NCBI GenBank assembly: GCA_965208325.1
Contig: OZ242326.1
Location: forward strand, 1,408,001 to 1,472,000
Length of the DNA: 64,000 bases
Direction: 5' to 3'
Source: Candidatus Poribacteria bacterium
GTDB taxonomy: Bacteria; Poribacteria; WGA-4E; PCPOR2b
The first letter of the stretch is position 1. Every line of letters begins with the position of its first letter. Shown piece by piece: positions 21,012 to 31,232 of this stretch. The notes under the pieces were generated by a model. It worked only from the letters and a program-made list of their open reading frames with translations, was not told where the DNA came from and made no database searches. The position numbers were made by a program, and so were the translations under genes.

Positions 21012-21422
21012 GTGAAAGCTTATATCTCCATTAAATACCGTGAAGACAACAGCAACAAATATTGTATTCAAAAAATCTCGTCTGCGCTTGAGCGAAACGG
21101 CTTTGAAACAGTATGTGTCGCCCGTGACATTGAGAATTGGGGGCAAGTCGAATTAAGTCCTGAAGAGTTGATGCAAAGGTCATTTGCTGCAATCGAGTCG
21201 AGTGACGTATTCGTGGTCGACCTATCAGAAAAAGGGGTAGGCTTGGGCATCGAAGCGGGCTACGCACACGCGGTGAAAATTCCGGTTGTAGTAATCGCAA
21301 AAGCGGGTTCAGACATTTCAACGACACTACAGGGGATTTCGCAGAAGCTGTTATTTTACGAGACTTTCGATGATCTTGTTCAATTTTTTGAAGTGTCGAT
21401 GGTTCCCCATGTTCGGCAATGA
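21012..21422 (+). CDS. Nucleoside 2-deoxyribosyltransferase family protein
   Basis: KAYIS, AIESSDVFVVD, GLGIEAGYAHA. Confidence 0.8.
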   Translation: MKAYISIKYREDNSNKYCIQKISSALERNGFETVCVARDIENWGQVELSPEELMQRSFAAIESSDVFVVDLSEKGVGLGIEAGYAHAVKIPVVVIAKAGSDISTTLQGISQKLLFYETFDDLVQFFEVSMVPHVRQ

Positions 21423-21491
21423 GTATAGACTAGGTTTAACTAGGGCGCTATTCTCGACTTTTTGAAGGCAGATTTGGAATACAGTGCCCGG

Positions 21492-24400
21492 TTAGTCTAC
21501 AATCAAAGTCTGAACCTTAGCCTCCAGGTCATGTTCCCAACTGCGCCCGGCGATTTCTCCCGCCGCGTTGATCAGGATGAACGGATGCCACCCGACAGCA
21601 TATCGTTCAAATGTCTCGCCTTTCGCGCCGTCGACCGTAGCTGGGCGGTCTAGTCCAATCGAGCATGACAGCAACTGTTCTGTAATGTGCCGTTTGACCG
21701 CCTCAATCTCGGAGGCGGCGGGACAGACGGCGACGCACACGAGGCCTTTTTCACCGTAAACCTCGTGCAAAATATTCAACAGGCGAATCCATTGTATATG
21801 ATTGGAACGGTTCAAATCCCAGAAATGTAGAACTATCGTCTTGCCTTCCAACTCTCCGATGGATACGGGTGAACCGGACAGCCATTTTGCAACCGCCAAC
21901 TCCGGCGCCGTTTTGTTCAGCAATGTATTGAAGCGATCTTCGGCGGACGCGGCGTATGACCGCTGCAACTGCTGCTCCGGGGTCGGCTCTGGTTTATTTT
22001 CGGACGGCGTTAGAGTTAAAACTAAATCGCGTTGATTCACCGCGATACTCTCAAAAATCTTGTGGTTACGATCAGCGCTGACAGAAATTGACACCATTTG
22101 GTCTTTGATGTGCTTCATTTCAAATTCGCCTAGCCCATTGGTACTAGTGCCGGTGTAGAAGTAACCGGAGACATCTTCTTCGGCTTCAACTCTTACTGAT
22201 GCCTGATTAATCGGCTTGCCATTGGCGTCCACGACTTTCCCAGCGAGGTAACCGTCCCCCTCGATCAACACTAGGTCGTGTCGCTGGTTGGCTTTTAGCA
22301 TCTTGAATCTATGGCGCGCGAACGCTGGGTGATGGGTTTGCAGATTAATGACGACAGCCATTAGTAGATTATCAAACCGAAAATTGCCATTTTCGTCGGT
22401 ATAGGTGTCCCAGCCTTGCGATTGATAGTGTGTATATACCCGTGCACCGTGTACCGGTTGACCTGAAGTATTGGTTATGCGTCCTTCAAGGTAGAACTGA
22501 CCGACCTCTGGCAACAAAATGAGATCCGCGATTTGGGTCATTTCCGCCGTTGCGGTAAATGTCTCGGTTGCCGTCGTCCAATACCCTTCTGCATTCGCAG
22601 AGATTGTGTACTCGTCGCCGACAATGAGTTCAATTTCCCGGTATCGTCCATCGCCATCTGTCACCGCGACGGTCGAAACTAACCCTATTTCCGACTGACG
22701 ATCGAAGTACAGCAGATTTATGTTCACTGACGGAATGGGTTCACCGGCGCGGTCGACTACTCGCCCGGCGACTTTTACGCGCTCATACGGTTCAATCAGA
22801 ATCTCAACCGACGCGTCCGGCTGGACTTCAACCTCCGCCGTTCCGCGCAATTCCAGCTCGCTATGTTCCGCTTTCAAGGCGAGTTTCTGCCCAATTCGTA
22901 ATCCGCGAACCGTAAATTCGCCCTGTTCATCCGACGTGTCGCACGCACTTAAAAAATTGCGCCCTTTTGCGATTATGACACCGGAGACCGGTTCCCCAGC
23001 TTTCGTCAATACTCGACCAGACAATTCCAATCCTTTGGAGAACTGAAAATCTACGACGACAGTTTCGCCCTCAACGACATCAACATACCGCGTAACCTGT
23101 CCGACATTCTGATAGTCTTGCGGGGCATAGGTTGAAACCAGCACGCGGCCAGGCGCAGCGCGGAAACTATAGATGCCGAATTCGTCAGTTGTTGAAACGT
23201 GATCTATCGGCCCAAACTCCGGACCCGGGCGGGCGGTGTCGTGAAACCTAATATGATGGTTCGCAACCGGTTCCTTTGTGTCCTGATCGGTCACCCGCCC
23301 AGAAATATGGCCGCCCCGAACCAGGGTCAAATTTATATTAGACATAATTTGTCCCTCAGCGACCTTAAAAAATTCGTTGGAGGCAGCCGTCCACCCTTCA
23401 GGTACCTCATCAAGATAGAGGTTGTACATACCGGGGGCGATGTTCTTCAGGAGGTAATTCCCATTCTCATCGACACTTACATGTTCCGCCCCCATTCCCG
23501 CGGTCAGTGGAGAGATGCGTAGAAGTGCAATAGTGGCGTTTTTGACCGGCGCGCCGGTATCTGCATAGCTGAGCCGCCCCTCAATCCGAGCCTCACGCTC
23601 CAGCCGAAATTCGAGTCCCGATGCGCCAGGCGGCACAGGGAAACGCATCTCCTCTGCATATCCTTGCCCATGAATAACGAGGCTTGCTGTCACGTCCGGC
23701 GGTAGCCTGCGGAGAACAAACTCGCCGTTCGTATCAGTATTGGTGGGGGGAATGATGGAAATAATGTCTAAGCCAAGGAATAAGTCCCATAGTATTGGGT
23801 TGCTAGAAAATGTGGCGTTACTATACAAGGATTTGATCCGTACTTCCGCATTCTGGATCGGAACGCCCGCCGTGTTTAGAACTCTTCCCGAAATGACCTC
23901 CTGCGTGCCGAGTTGGATTTCAACATCCATCTTGCTTTTTAGCGGGAGGTTCTGCCAACCGATTGCATGATTGGGGTGCGTGGCGACAATGGGGTGTGTG
24001 ATGACGATGTTATCCCGATCTTGCTCCCTGTCGTCGGGACGCTGGACTTCAAAGTGGAACGTGCCATCGGGTGCCGTGCGAGTGACAGTTTCGAAAGATT
24101 TGAGTTTTGACGGGTAAAAAAGTTCGGCATCCGCTACCGGCGCACCGTCACTGTCAACAACCCGGCCGGAGTAAATTAGTTTCTCGTCCTCACCCTTCGC
24201 TGCTACTGCGGGGTGTTGCGGCGTCGCATTCTTTACACCGCCATTACCTGAAACTGACCCTAGTTCAACTGACTCGCGGCTTCGCACCGTTGAACCGCGA
24301 TTGGAGACTCCCGGCGGACGCTTTCCCGACGGGGTCGGTATGCCCGCAATTAACGGACGAATTGCGATGGGAGCGGGTGTAATGAATGCGACCGGAATCG

Positions 24401-25184
24401 GCTGGCTCGTGTCTGACGGCGACAGCCCGATCTGGTTTCTTGGGGACACATTCGGCGAATCGCTTCGCTCTCCAAACAGTCCAACCAAAACACATAAAGC
24501 CATAATCAGCGAAATTAACGCTTTGCTTACTGACGTGCTACCCCACGTGAACCCCATGGTTGGAGATGGAATGTGGCGAATCTGCTCAATTAGCTGCATG
24601 AGGAATCCTCCTTTGAGTTTGCGGCTCTTTACGACTCTGCCGTAATGTTCAGACAACGCGCTGCCGAGCTGCAGCCGCGCACGACGCAACTTGCTCTTGA
24701 CAGTATTGACGGAAACACCGAAAAACTCTGAAATCTCCTTCAGCGAATAATCACCTGCATAGAACATCGACACGACGATCCGACTTTCGTCAGAGAGCTC
24801 TGACATTGCCTGCTCAAGATCTACCTGCCAATCCTGTGTTGGCACCGTGTGTTCAGGTTGAATCTGTAGCGAGTCGTCCACTGCCTGCTCCAGCGCAATC
24901 TCGTGCCGGCGTCTTCTCGTAACACGCACCAGCCAACGTTTGCATTCGTTGGACATGATTGTATACAGCCAGCTGCGGAAGAGATGCGGATGCCGCAGTT
25001 TTTGGAGATGGCGGAATGCCTTTAAAAAAACCTCTTGCGTAATGTCCTGCGAATCGGCTACGTTCCGCACTTTCTGATAGGCGTAGGTATAGACCATGTC
25101 CTGATACTTGTGTACGAGCACACCGAAGGCATCGCGATCCCCGGCGAGCGTTTGAGACACTAACTTTTCGTCGGCTGTATACAT
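21492..25184 (-). CDS. ECF sigma factor fused to a TM helix, 8 carboxypeptidase-regulatory-like repeats and a C-terminal thioredoxin-like domain (paralog 1)
   Basis: Sigma2 (GDRDAFGVLV..DITQEVFL..FRSWLYTI), sigma4 (SLKEISEFFGVSVNTVKSKLRRAR), TM ALISLIMALCVLVGLFG, 8 GRVxxxxGxPV repeats, APEL..GKTIVLHFW; ATG after AGGTGG. Confidence 0.9.
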   Translation of the reverse strand: MYTADEKLVSQTLAGDRDAFGVLVHKYQDMVYTYAYQKVRNVADSQDITQEVFLKAFRHLQKLRHPHLFRSWLYTIMSNECKRWLVRVTRRRRHEIALEQAVDDSLQIQPEHTVPTQDWQVDLEQAMSELSDESRIVVSMFYAGDYSLKEISEFFGVSVNTVKSKLRRARLQLGSALSEHYGRVVKSRKLKGGFLMQLIEQIRHIPSPTMGFTWGSTSVSKALISLIMALCVLVGLFGERSDSPNVSPRNQIGLSPSDTSQPIPVAFITPAPIAIRPLIAGIPTPSGKRPPGVSNRGSTVRSRESVELGSVSGNGGVKNATPQHPAVAAKGEDEKLIYSGRVVDSDGAPVADAELFYPSKLKSFETVTRTAPDGTFHFEVQRPDDREQDRDNIVITHPIVATHPNHAIGWQNLPLKSKMDVEIQLGTQEVISGRVLNTAGVPIQNAEVRIKSLYSNATFSSNPILWDLFLGLDIISIIPPTNTDTNGEFVLRRLPPDVTASLVIHGQGYAEEMRFPVPPGASGLEFRLEREARIEGRLSYADTGAPVKNATIALLRISPLTAGMGAEHVSVDENGNYLLKNIAPGMYNLYLDEVPEGWTAASNEFFKVAEGQIMSNINLTLVRGGHISGRVTDQDTKEPVANHHIRFHDTARPGPEFGPIDHVSTTDEFGIYSFRAAPGRVLVSTYAPQDYQNVGQVTRYVDVVEGETVVVDFQFSKGLELSGRVLTKAGEPVSGVIIAKGRNFLSACDTSDEQGEFTVRGLRIGQKLALKAEHSELELRGTAEVEVQPDASVEILIEPYERVKVAGRVVDRAGEPIPSVNINLLYFDRQSEIGLVSTVAVTDGDGRYREIELIVGDEYTISANAEGYWTTATETFTATAEMTQIADLILLPEVGQFYLEGRITNTSGQPVHGARVYTHYQSQGWDTYTDENGNFRFDNLLMAVVINLQTHHPAFARHRFKMLKANQRHDLVLIEGDGYLAGKVVDANGKPINQASVRVEAEEDVSGYFYTGTSTNGLGEFEMKHIKDQMVSISVSADRNHKIFESIAVNQRDLVLTLTPSENKPEPTPEQQLQRSYAASAEDRFNTLLNKTAPELAVAKWLSGSPVSIGELEGKTIVLHFWDLNRSNHIQWIRLLNILHEVYGEKGLVCVAVCPAASEIEAVKRHITEQLLSCSIGLDRPATVDGAKGETFERYAVGWHPFILINAAGEIAGRSWEHDLEAKVQTLIVD

Positions 25185-25234
25185 AATAACCACCTTATCC
25201 GAAAAACAAGTATGGAAGCCCTATTTGAATTACA

Positions 25235-25260
25235 TAGACACATCAAGCGAACCAGAGGTT
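25235..25260 (-). promoter_or_regulatory. Putative ECF sigma-dependent promoter (AAC-N18-GTCTA)
   Basis: Minus strand gcAACctctggttcgcttgatgtGTCTAt; the same motif and spacing occur upstream of all three ECF paralogs. Confidence 0.7.
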
Positions 25261-25289
25261 GCACCGCGTGGATAAAATAGTTGAAAAAC

Positions 25290-25418
25290 TCAAGGAATAG
25301 TACCAAAGAGATGTCTCAAACGATTGAATCCCGCTTCAATGAGAATATAAATCACGCAACCGCGACAGGGGATAGGAAGGCTGTGTTTATGGGACAACTA
25401 CATCAAAGGTGGGGCTAA
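25290..25418 (+). pseudogene. Remnant of a DUF433 3' end and DUF5615 (PIN-like toxin) 5' end
   Basis: 25290-25352 aligns without gaps to 31921-31983 (48/63 identical by hand count); ORF 25311-25418 MSQTIESRFNENINHATATG... Confidence 0.6.
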
Positions 25419-25784
25419 TAGCGGACGGAGATGAAAGACAAACCAAATTTGCGATAACTAGGCAACGGGGCAGATCCTGTCCATGGCGCAAACTCTCTTC
25501 ATGTTTAGATGGACTACACCGGAATCGTCTATTATGGACCGGCAGACTGCAATTAGATGAATTATCCTGCGGCTAATCTTGATGCCGGTAGTTTTCGAAT
25601 CGGATGAAATGGAATAATAAGGTGGGGTTTTTACCAGAGAGGTGTTTACATAGATTCAGGCCGCAAATATGCCAATTGCAGCACCGCGGCTGCAGCAGGT
25701 AGAGATACGCATTCGACCCAACCTACACCGCTGCAATTCTGATAGATTAGCGAAGCGAATCAGGATTTAGCAGTGATCGGCAAT

Positions 25785-27026
25785 TTACTTTGTTCGTGTC
25801 GTCTTCTCGGGAGTGCTGTCCTTTTCGATGATAGCAATGTGCGGCAGGCGCCACTCTATGCTTGCAGGACCCACGTCGAACCATTCACCCGATAATCCCA
25901 TCGAAACGAAATCTTCCTCGCCCCGGTCTTTATCGTGCGGTTCATGGGGCGCCCAGTTTGTGAATGTCACCGGCTCACCGTTCGCCCAAACCCATTCCCC
26001 TTCGTTCGCATAATCCGTCAGTCCAATCCAGCACCGATTTGGTCCAAAGGTTTTTGATATCCAGTCCTGCTCTGCTGCATCGTTGATTGCAACGAGATAC
26101 CCACCTTCGGCAGCGGCTTGAGTGTTGGCTTCATCCCAACTCTCGCTACTAATTCGCTTGTACGCGTGCCCATTTGCTGGATTCACCACCCACGCTGCGC
26201 CGACGCCCCGTGGTGACGTTGACACTTCCGCAGAAACTTCGACTCGACCAGTGGGACCTTCAGGCCAATTCGGAAGTCTGTCGAGCGCGAAAACCAAATC
26301 TTCTCTGTCTTCTCCTTGTTTTAGCAGGAAAGGATCTGCTGACGCCGAAAGCCTGTGATAGTTCACCGTCATTGTGTAGATTGCGGGTTCATCAACGAAG
26401 TAATTAAAATAACCGTCAGTGTCAGTCTCGTTCGAGGAACTTGAGCTACCGCTACCCGTCCCGTCGGGCGTACGGTGGTTTACGCTGACATTAATCCTCG
26501 CACTGGAAAGCGGGGTGCCATTGAGAAACACAATGCGTCCCCGAATGTAATTCCGCAATTTCACTCTGACTTCGACATTCTCAACGTGCACGTCCGGATT
26601 AATGGCGAACACGATTCCCTGCCAAGGCGAATACTCGTGCCGGTAAATGGTCAGTGTCGCCACCCTTACGGAAATGATTTCGCCGCTGGTCCCGGACGGA
26701 TGATAAAACTTGGTGGCCGGTGTTAATCGGACTTTTGCCGGCGGGATGTTTTTCATAGAAAAACGTCCCATTTCGTCAGAGTGCGATTCTGAAAGTGTGA
26801 TGAAGGTTCCTTCAACTGATTCAAGCGAAAACGGTAAAAGGGATAGCCCAAATCCCGCAACCGGATTACCTTTTAAATCAACAACACGGCCGGACAGTGT
26901 AGAAGTACTGTCCAGAGCCATACCCTGCAACGATGCGGCGAATGTAAATACCATTATCCCAACAAGTAGCCGCAGGTTCTCTCGCCTAAACGCGGCGTAT
27001 AAACACCTTAAATGTAACCAGTTCAT
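25785..27026 (-). CDS. Secreted protein with 2 carboxypeptidase-regulatory-like repeats and a C-type lectin domain
   Basis: ATG after AGGAGG; hydrophobic signal; NGHAY, SWDEA, YLVAINDAAEQDWI, WIGLTD, GEPVTFTNWAPHEP, WFD. Confidence 0.85.
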   Translation of the reverse strand: MNWLHLRCLYAAFRRENLRLLVGIMVFTFAASLQGMALDSTSTLSGRVVDLKGNPVAGFGLSLLPFSLESVEGTFITLSESHSDEMGRFSMKNIPPAKVRLTPATKFYHPSGTSGEIISVRVATLTIYRHEYSPWQGIVFAINPDVHVENVEVRVKLRNYIRGRIVFLNGTPLSSARINVSVNHRTPDGTGSGSSSSSNETDTDGYFNYFVDEPAIYTMTVNYHRLSASADPFLLKQGEDREDLVFALDRLPNWPEGPTGRVEVSAEVSTSPRGVGAAWVVNPANGHAYKRISSESWDEANTQAAAEGGYLVAINDAAEQDWISKTFGPNRCWIGLTDYANEGEWVWANGEPVTFTNWAPHEPHDKDRGEEDFVSMGLSGEWFDVGPASIEWRLPHIAIIEKDSTPEKTTRTK

Positions 27027-27264
27027 GGAAGATGCCTCCTTCGGAATGTTGAATGCGACCGAGGACGAATCCCTCTGTGAATGACCCAAATCGGTCTTTT
27101 GACGAAGCCAATTAGGGTTTGATTTCTTGACAACCCGGTTTTTTTACCGGGGAATGGCTAGACGATGGCGTTGCCGCTCACGTATCAAACAAGCTGTAAA
27201 CGCTGTTTCTAGCTGATATACGCTTAGCAATCACTTTGCGTTCAAGGCGTCAAATTATCGAGTG

Positions 27265-28728
27265 TCAACGTCGCTTTTTCCCCGGCGATTCACGTCTTTT
27301 CGTTTCGGAGTCATTACGCCCTTCAAAGGATTCATGTCGTTTTTCATTGAGATTGCTCCGGTCTTTTTTACGCTCATCATCATCATGAAGTATTTCAGGT
27401 TCATCCGGCAAATTTAGATTAGAAGTCGGGTCATCCGTATCTTCCAACGACTCCAGCAACCTATCCAACTCCTTCGCCTCGACCCCGCCGGGGAATTTCC
27501 AATCCTCAGCTTGCTTCATTTGGTTTTCCAATTCGGGTGGGACGATTGGCGCCGGGATCGGCTGTTCCAAACCCTCCAGAAATTCCGCCATCTCTAGCGA
27601 CGGTGCGGCATGGCGCGGTGCTGCCACAGGCGCGGAATCGTCCACTGCCGAGTCGGATGCGGAGGTCCAAAGTGATGAACGGGATACAGGCTTCGGTTCG
27701 GCAACGTTCGCAGGTTGCGAATCTGTTCCTGACGGAAGCACTACGTCGGACTCGGAACGGGCGATCTCCGGTCTATCATCATCAAATATGCCGGCAAAAT
27801 TCCCCCATACCTTCGCCATTCCTCGCCTCGGCGCATCAGCAGGTTTGCCGTCTGGACCGATAAAGCCAATCTTCACATGTTCGGGAAGTTTCTTTGTGAA
27901 AGGGAATGGGGTATGTAAGTACTCTTGTATAGCACCAACATCGTATGACTCGCCCACAGCAGGAAAGTGTAGCTCACCGATACTCCCGTCCGAGTTAATT
28001 TCATAGTAGGTCGTATCGGCTCTGAGCGGAAAGCGTGTCCCATCTTTGGCTCTGGCAATCGTGACAAATTTTCCTTCATTCCATTGTTGTGCGAAAGTTG
28101 GGTCTTTTAATGCTTCTTTCACATAATAGTGCGTCTCCAGAAAATGCTGAATTCTAGTTTCTTCAAACTGTGCCGACGACGTGTCCACCGGCAGCCCCAT
28201 ACGTTCTAGCACACTGTTTTTGTAATCGGCATCATTTCCAAACAGGGGTTGCTCGAAAAACTGCTGCTTTGAATGTAGCAGATTGAACCGATACATGAGG
28301 AATGAATTGTATTCCGCACCGTTCTCGATTAGCAGGCCTTTATCCAGCAACATCTGCAGGAATTCTGCACGCGGATAGGCTTGGTCGACATTTGCTAAGT
28401 CGATGCCGCTGAAATTAATCGCCTGCGACTCAACCCATGTGTCAAAATTAGTGTCATGCGCTTCCATAAGGGCTTCGACAGATTGCGGGTTTTGAAATGA
28501 GGTTGAATCGGAAATGTGACGCATTCGAGTCAACTCCTCGTCCGCCCCTTTGACGACAGCTGTCCACCAATAGTCCCGCAAATAGTTGCTTATCGCAATC
28601 TCTTCTGGTGAACCATCGCTCTGGCTAAAAACAACGTGCTGTCGATGTAACAGTGCAGCGATAACAGCCGCCGCAACAACTCCCAGACCAATCATTACAA
28701 TCTTCCACTTTGACAAGGAAACCAACAT
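27265..28728 (-). CDS. Hypothetical membrane-anchored protein
   Basis: 487-aa ORF with an RBS, N-terminal TM segment and a low-complexity acidic/charged C-terminus. Confidence 0.75.
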   Translation of the reverse strand: MLVSLSKWKIVMIGLGVVAAAVIAALLHRQHVVFSQSDGSPEEIAISNYLRDYWWTAVVKGADEELTRMRHISDSTSFQNPQSVEALMEAHDTNFDTWVESQAINFSGIDLANVDQAYPRAEFLQMLLDKGLLIENGAEYNSFLMYRFNLLHSKQQFFEQPLFGNDADYKNSVLERMGLPVDTSSAQFEETRIQHFLETHYYVKEALKDPTFAQQWNEGKFVTIARAKDGTRFPLRADTTYYEINSDGSIGELHFPAVGESYDVGAIQEYLHTPFPFTKKLPEHVKIGFIGPDGKPADAPRRGMAKVWGNFAGIFDDDRPEIARSESDVVLPSGTDSQPANVAEPKPVSRSSLWTSASDSAVDDSAPVAAPRHAAPSLEMAEFLEGLEQPIPAPIVPPELENQMKQAEDWKFPGGVEAKELDRLLESLEDTDDPTSNLNLPDEPEILHDDDERKKDRSNLNEKRHESFEGRNDSETKRRESPGKKRR

Positions 28729-28953
28729 GATAGGTGCTCCTTTCTCCTAATGCTAGATTGTTGGTGAAGATACCAAATGATTAAACCTAAACACCAACCC
28801 TTCAGGCGTTTTTTTTACTCATTCAATCTGGCTATTAGGATGGTTGTTCGTGAAAGTGTGTTTGGATTTACACATTGTAGCGCTGTGAACACTCAGTAAT
28901 TCGATCGTTAATTACCATGCGGTTATTTTTCACCGAATTGTGTAAATTTAAGG

Positions 28954-31143
28954 TTATTCGTTCTCATTGGGAGGCGGCGAGGCGAAACCTTGTCTTTCGA
29001 TGATAGCCTTCTGGGTCATCCGCCACTGTGGGCTTTCCGGTCCAACATCAAACCATTGTCCATTCGGACTGAGACCCATGAAGACGTAATCTTCTTCACC
29101 GAGCGGCGACTCGGTCGGTTCATTGGGCGCCCAGTTCGTGTAAGTAGCCGGTTCGCCGCTGGACCATCGCCATTCCCCCGCCTTTTCGATATCAGTTAGT
29201 CCAATCCAATAGGGCTCGGTACCAAAAACTTTCACCAGCCAACTCTGCTCCGAGGCGTCGTTAATCGAAACCAAGTATGCATCCTCGGTAATCGCTTTCG
29301 CTTGAGCATCTTCCCAACTTTCACAATGAATGCTTCGATAGGCGTGACCATTTTGAGGATTCATCACCCAAGCTCCATCTCGGTCCGGCGGCGCGGCGCT
29401 ATCCGGTGTTGGCTCAATGGGAATTGGCGGGCTGTCAAGCGTTATGACCAAATCATCATGCCGTTGACCGGTTTCGAGAGCAAATTGCTCCGACGTCGCC
29501 GATAAGCCTTGAAATTCAACAGCTACCGCGTAAAATCCTGGCTGAGGCGGATTCACATAGTGCACAAAGTATCCCGCATCGTCCGTGCGGGGCAATCCTC
29601 CGCTACTACCCGTGCCTTCCCCATCAAATGTACGCCATCGCACGCTAATCAGAACTTTCGCCTTGGCAAGCGGTGTGCCGTCGGTGAATACAACCTGACC
29701 CCGAATGCGCATCCGCGGTTTAACTACAATTTCAAAATTATCAATGTGTGTCCCTGGCTCAATGGTAAATGTAATGCCACCGTGAGGGGGCGGTTGCCGG
29801 GAGTCCGCATGAAAAGTCATCGCGCCAGTATCTATGGACAAAACCTCCGCGTCTACAAAATTGTCTTGGTCGTAGCTGTGCGGAGGCATGTCATCGCTTG
29901 TTACAGGATTGGGCTGTGCCATGAACTGGAGAGGCCCGGGTTTGATGCCAGAAATCGAAAACCGTCCCTCTTCGTCCGTGTCCGATTTGAACGTGTACGG
30001 CTGTGCGTCCCTCCTGAACCAATCATAACTGAACATTGGCATGATTTTGCCGTCAAATGACATCAGCGGTCCAACAGCTATGGGGAATCCCGCGATTGGA
30101 TTGCCATCTGTGTCAACCACACGGCCCGATAAGGCAATTTTATCGGAACCGCTCACCGATGCAGCAGTTGTGAATTGCGGACTCGGGGATTTGGCACCCC
30201 CAGCCACGGCAGTGGTTTCTCGGTAAACTGGCTCGGAGTTCGGCTCCACTGAGGCGCGGTTGGCGACCGCCAATGGATGCTTTCCCGACGTGGCAGGAAT
30301 ACCCGTAATTGACGGGCGTGCGGAAAACGGAGGCGAAGCAAGTAACACGACCGGGATCGGGCGGTTCGCGTCTGGCGGCGACAGTGCAGTTTGATTGCCT
30401 GCGTACGCTTTCGGTGAGCTGTCTCGTGCTCCGATAAGTCCAATCAGGATGCACAATGCCGTAATCAACGAAAATACCGTCTTGCTAACAGTTGCACTGG
30501 TCCACGTGAACCCAACTGTTGGCGGTGGGATATGGCGTACCTGCTCCATAAGTTGCATGAGGAATCCTCCTTGGAGTTTGCGGCTCTTCATGAATCGACC
30601 GTAGTGTTCAGACATCGCGGTGCCGAGTTGCTGCCGTGCTCGATGTAACTTGCCCCGGGCGGTGTTCACGGAGACGCCGAGAAATTCTGAGATTTCCTTC
30701 ATCGAACAGCCACCCATGTAGAACATCGACACCGCCACGCGATTATCGTCCGGGAGCGCAGAGATTGCACGCTCTAAGTCCACCTGCCAACCTTCTGTTG
30801 CGGCAGTGTGTGCGGGTTCAATCTGTAGGGCATCGTCTGTAGCGTCGTCCAACGCAATTTCGCGCCGGCGTGTTTCCGTGGCCCGCGCCAGCCAGCGGTT
30901 GCACTCGTTGGACATGATTGTATACAGCCAACTTCGGAACCGATGCGGGTGCCGCAGTTTGCAGAGATGCCGATATGCCCGGAGGAAAACCTCCTGCGTG
31001 ATGTCCTGCGAGTCGGCTTCGTTCCGCACCTTCTGAAAGGCATAGGTGTAGACCATGTCCTGATACTTATGCACGAGCACACCGAAGGCGTCTCGATCCC
31101 CCGCAAGGGTTTGAGACACTAAGTTTTCGTCGGGTGAATTCAT
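28954..31143 (-). CDS. ECF sigma factor fused to a TM helix, 2 carboxypeptidase-regulatory-like repeats and a C-type lectin domain (paralog 2)
   Basis: Sigma2 and sigma4 motifs as in paralog 1; TM TVFSLITALCILIGLIG; lectin YWIGLTD..TNWAPNEP..WFD; ATG after GAGGTG. Confidence 0.9.
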   Translation of the reverse strand: MNSPDENLVSQTLAGDRDAFGVLVHKYQDMVYTYAFQKVRNEADSQDITQEVFLRAYRHLCKLRHPHRFRSWLYTIMSNECNRWLARATETRRREIALDDATDDALQIEPAHTAATEGWQVDLERAISALPDDNRVAVSMFYMGGCSMKEISEFLGVSVNTARGKLHRARQQLGTAMSEHYGRFMKSRKLQGGFLMQLMEQVRHIPPPTVGFTWTSATVSKTVFSLITALCILIGLIGARDSSPKAYAGNQTALSPPDANRPIPVVLLASPPFSARPSITGIPATSGKHPLAVANRASVEPNSEPVYRETTAVAGGAKSPSPQFTTAASVSGSDKIALSGRVVDTDGNPIAGFPIAVGPLMSFDGKIMPMFSYDWFRRDAQPYTFKSDTDEEGRFSISGIKPGPLQFMAQPNPVTSDDMPPHSYDQDNFVDAEVLSIDTGAMTFHADSRQPPPHGGITFTIEPGTHIDNFEIVVKPRMRIRGQVVFTDGTPLAKAKVLISVRWRTFDGEGTGSSGGLPRTDDAGYFVHYVNPPQPGFYAVAVEFQGLSATSEQFALETGQRHDDLVITLDSPPIPIEPTPDSAAPPDRDGAWVMNPQNGHAYRSIHCESWEDAQAKAITEDAYLVSINDASEQSWLVKVFGTEPYWIGLTDIEKAGEWRWSSGEPATYTNWAPNEPTESPLGEEDYVFMGLSPNGQWFDVGPESPQWRMTQKAIIERQGFASPPPNENE

Positions 31144-31206
31144 AGCACACACCTCAACCGAAATGATACACCACAACCCCGCAACAGCCCAGACAAAACT
31201 ACTTAT

Positions 31207-31232
31207 TAGACCCGCTGCGCGGATAAAAAGTT
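31207..31232 (-). promoter_or_regulatory. Putative ECF sigma-dependent promoter (AAC-N18-GTCTA)
   Basis: Minus strand atAACtttttatccgcgcagcggGTCTAa. Confidence 0.7.

Noticed and set aside
25674..25738. Nested inverted repeats (AATTGCAGC...GCTGCAATT) as a possible ncRNA
   Set aside because: Consistent with a simple hairpin downstream of the lectin gene; no recognisable RNA family features.
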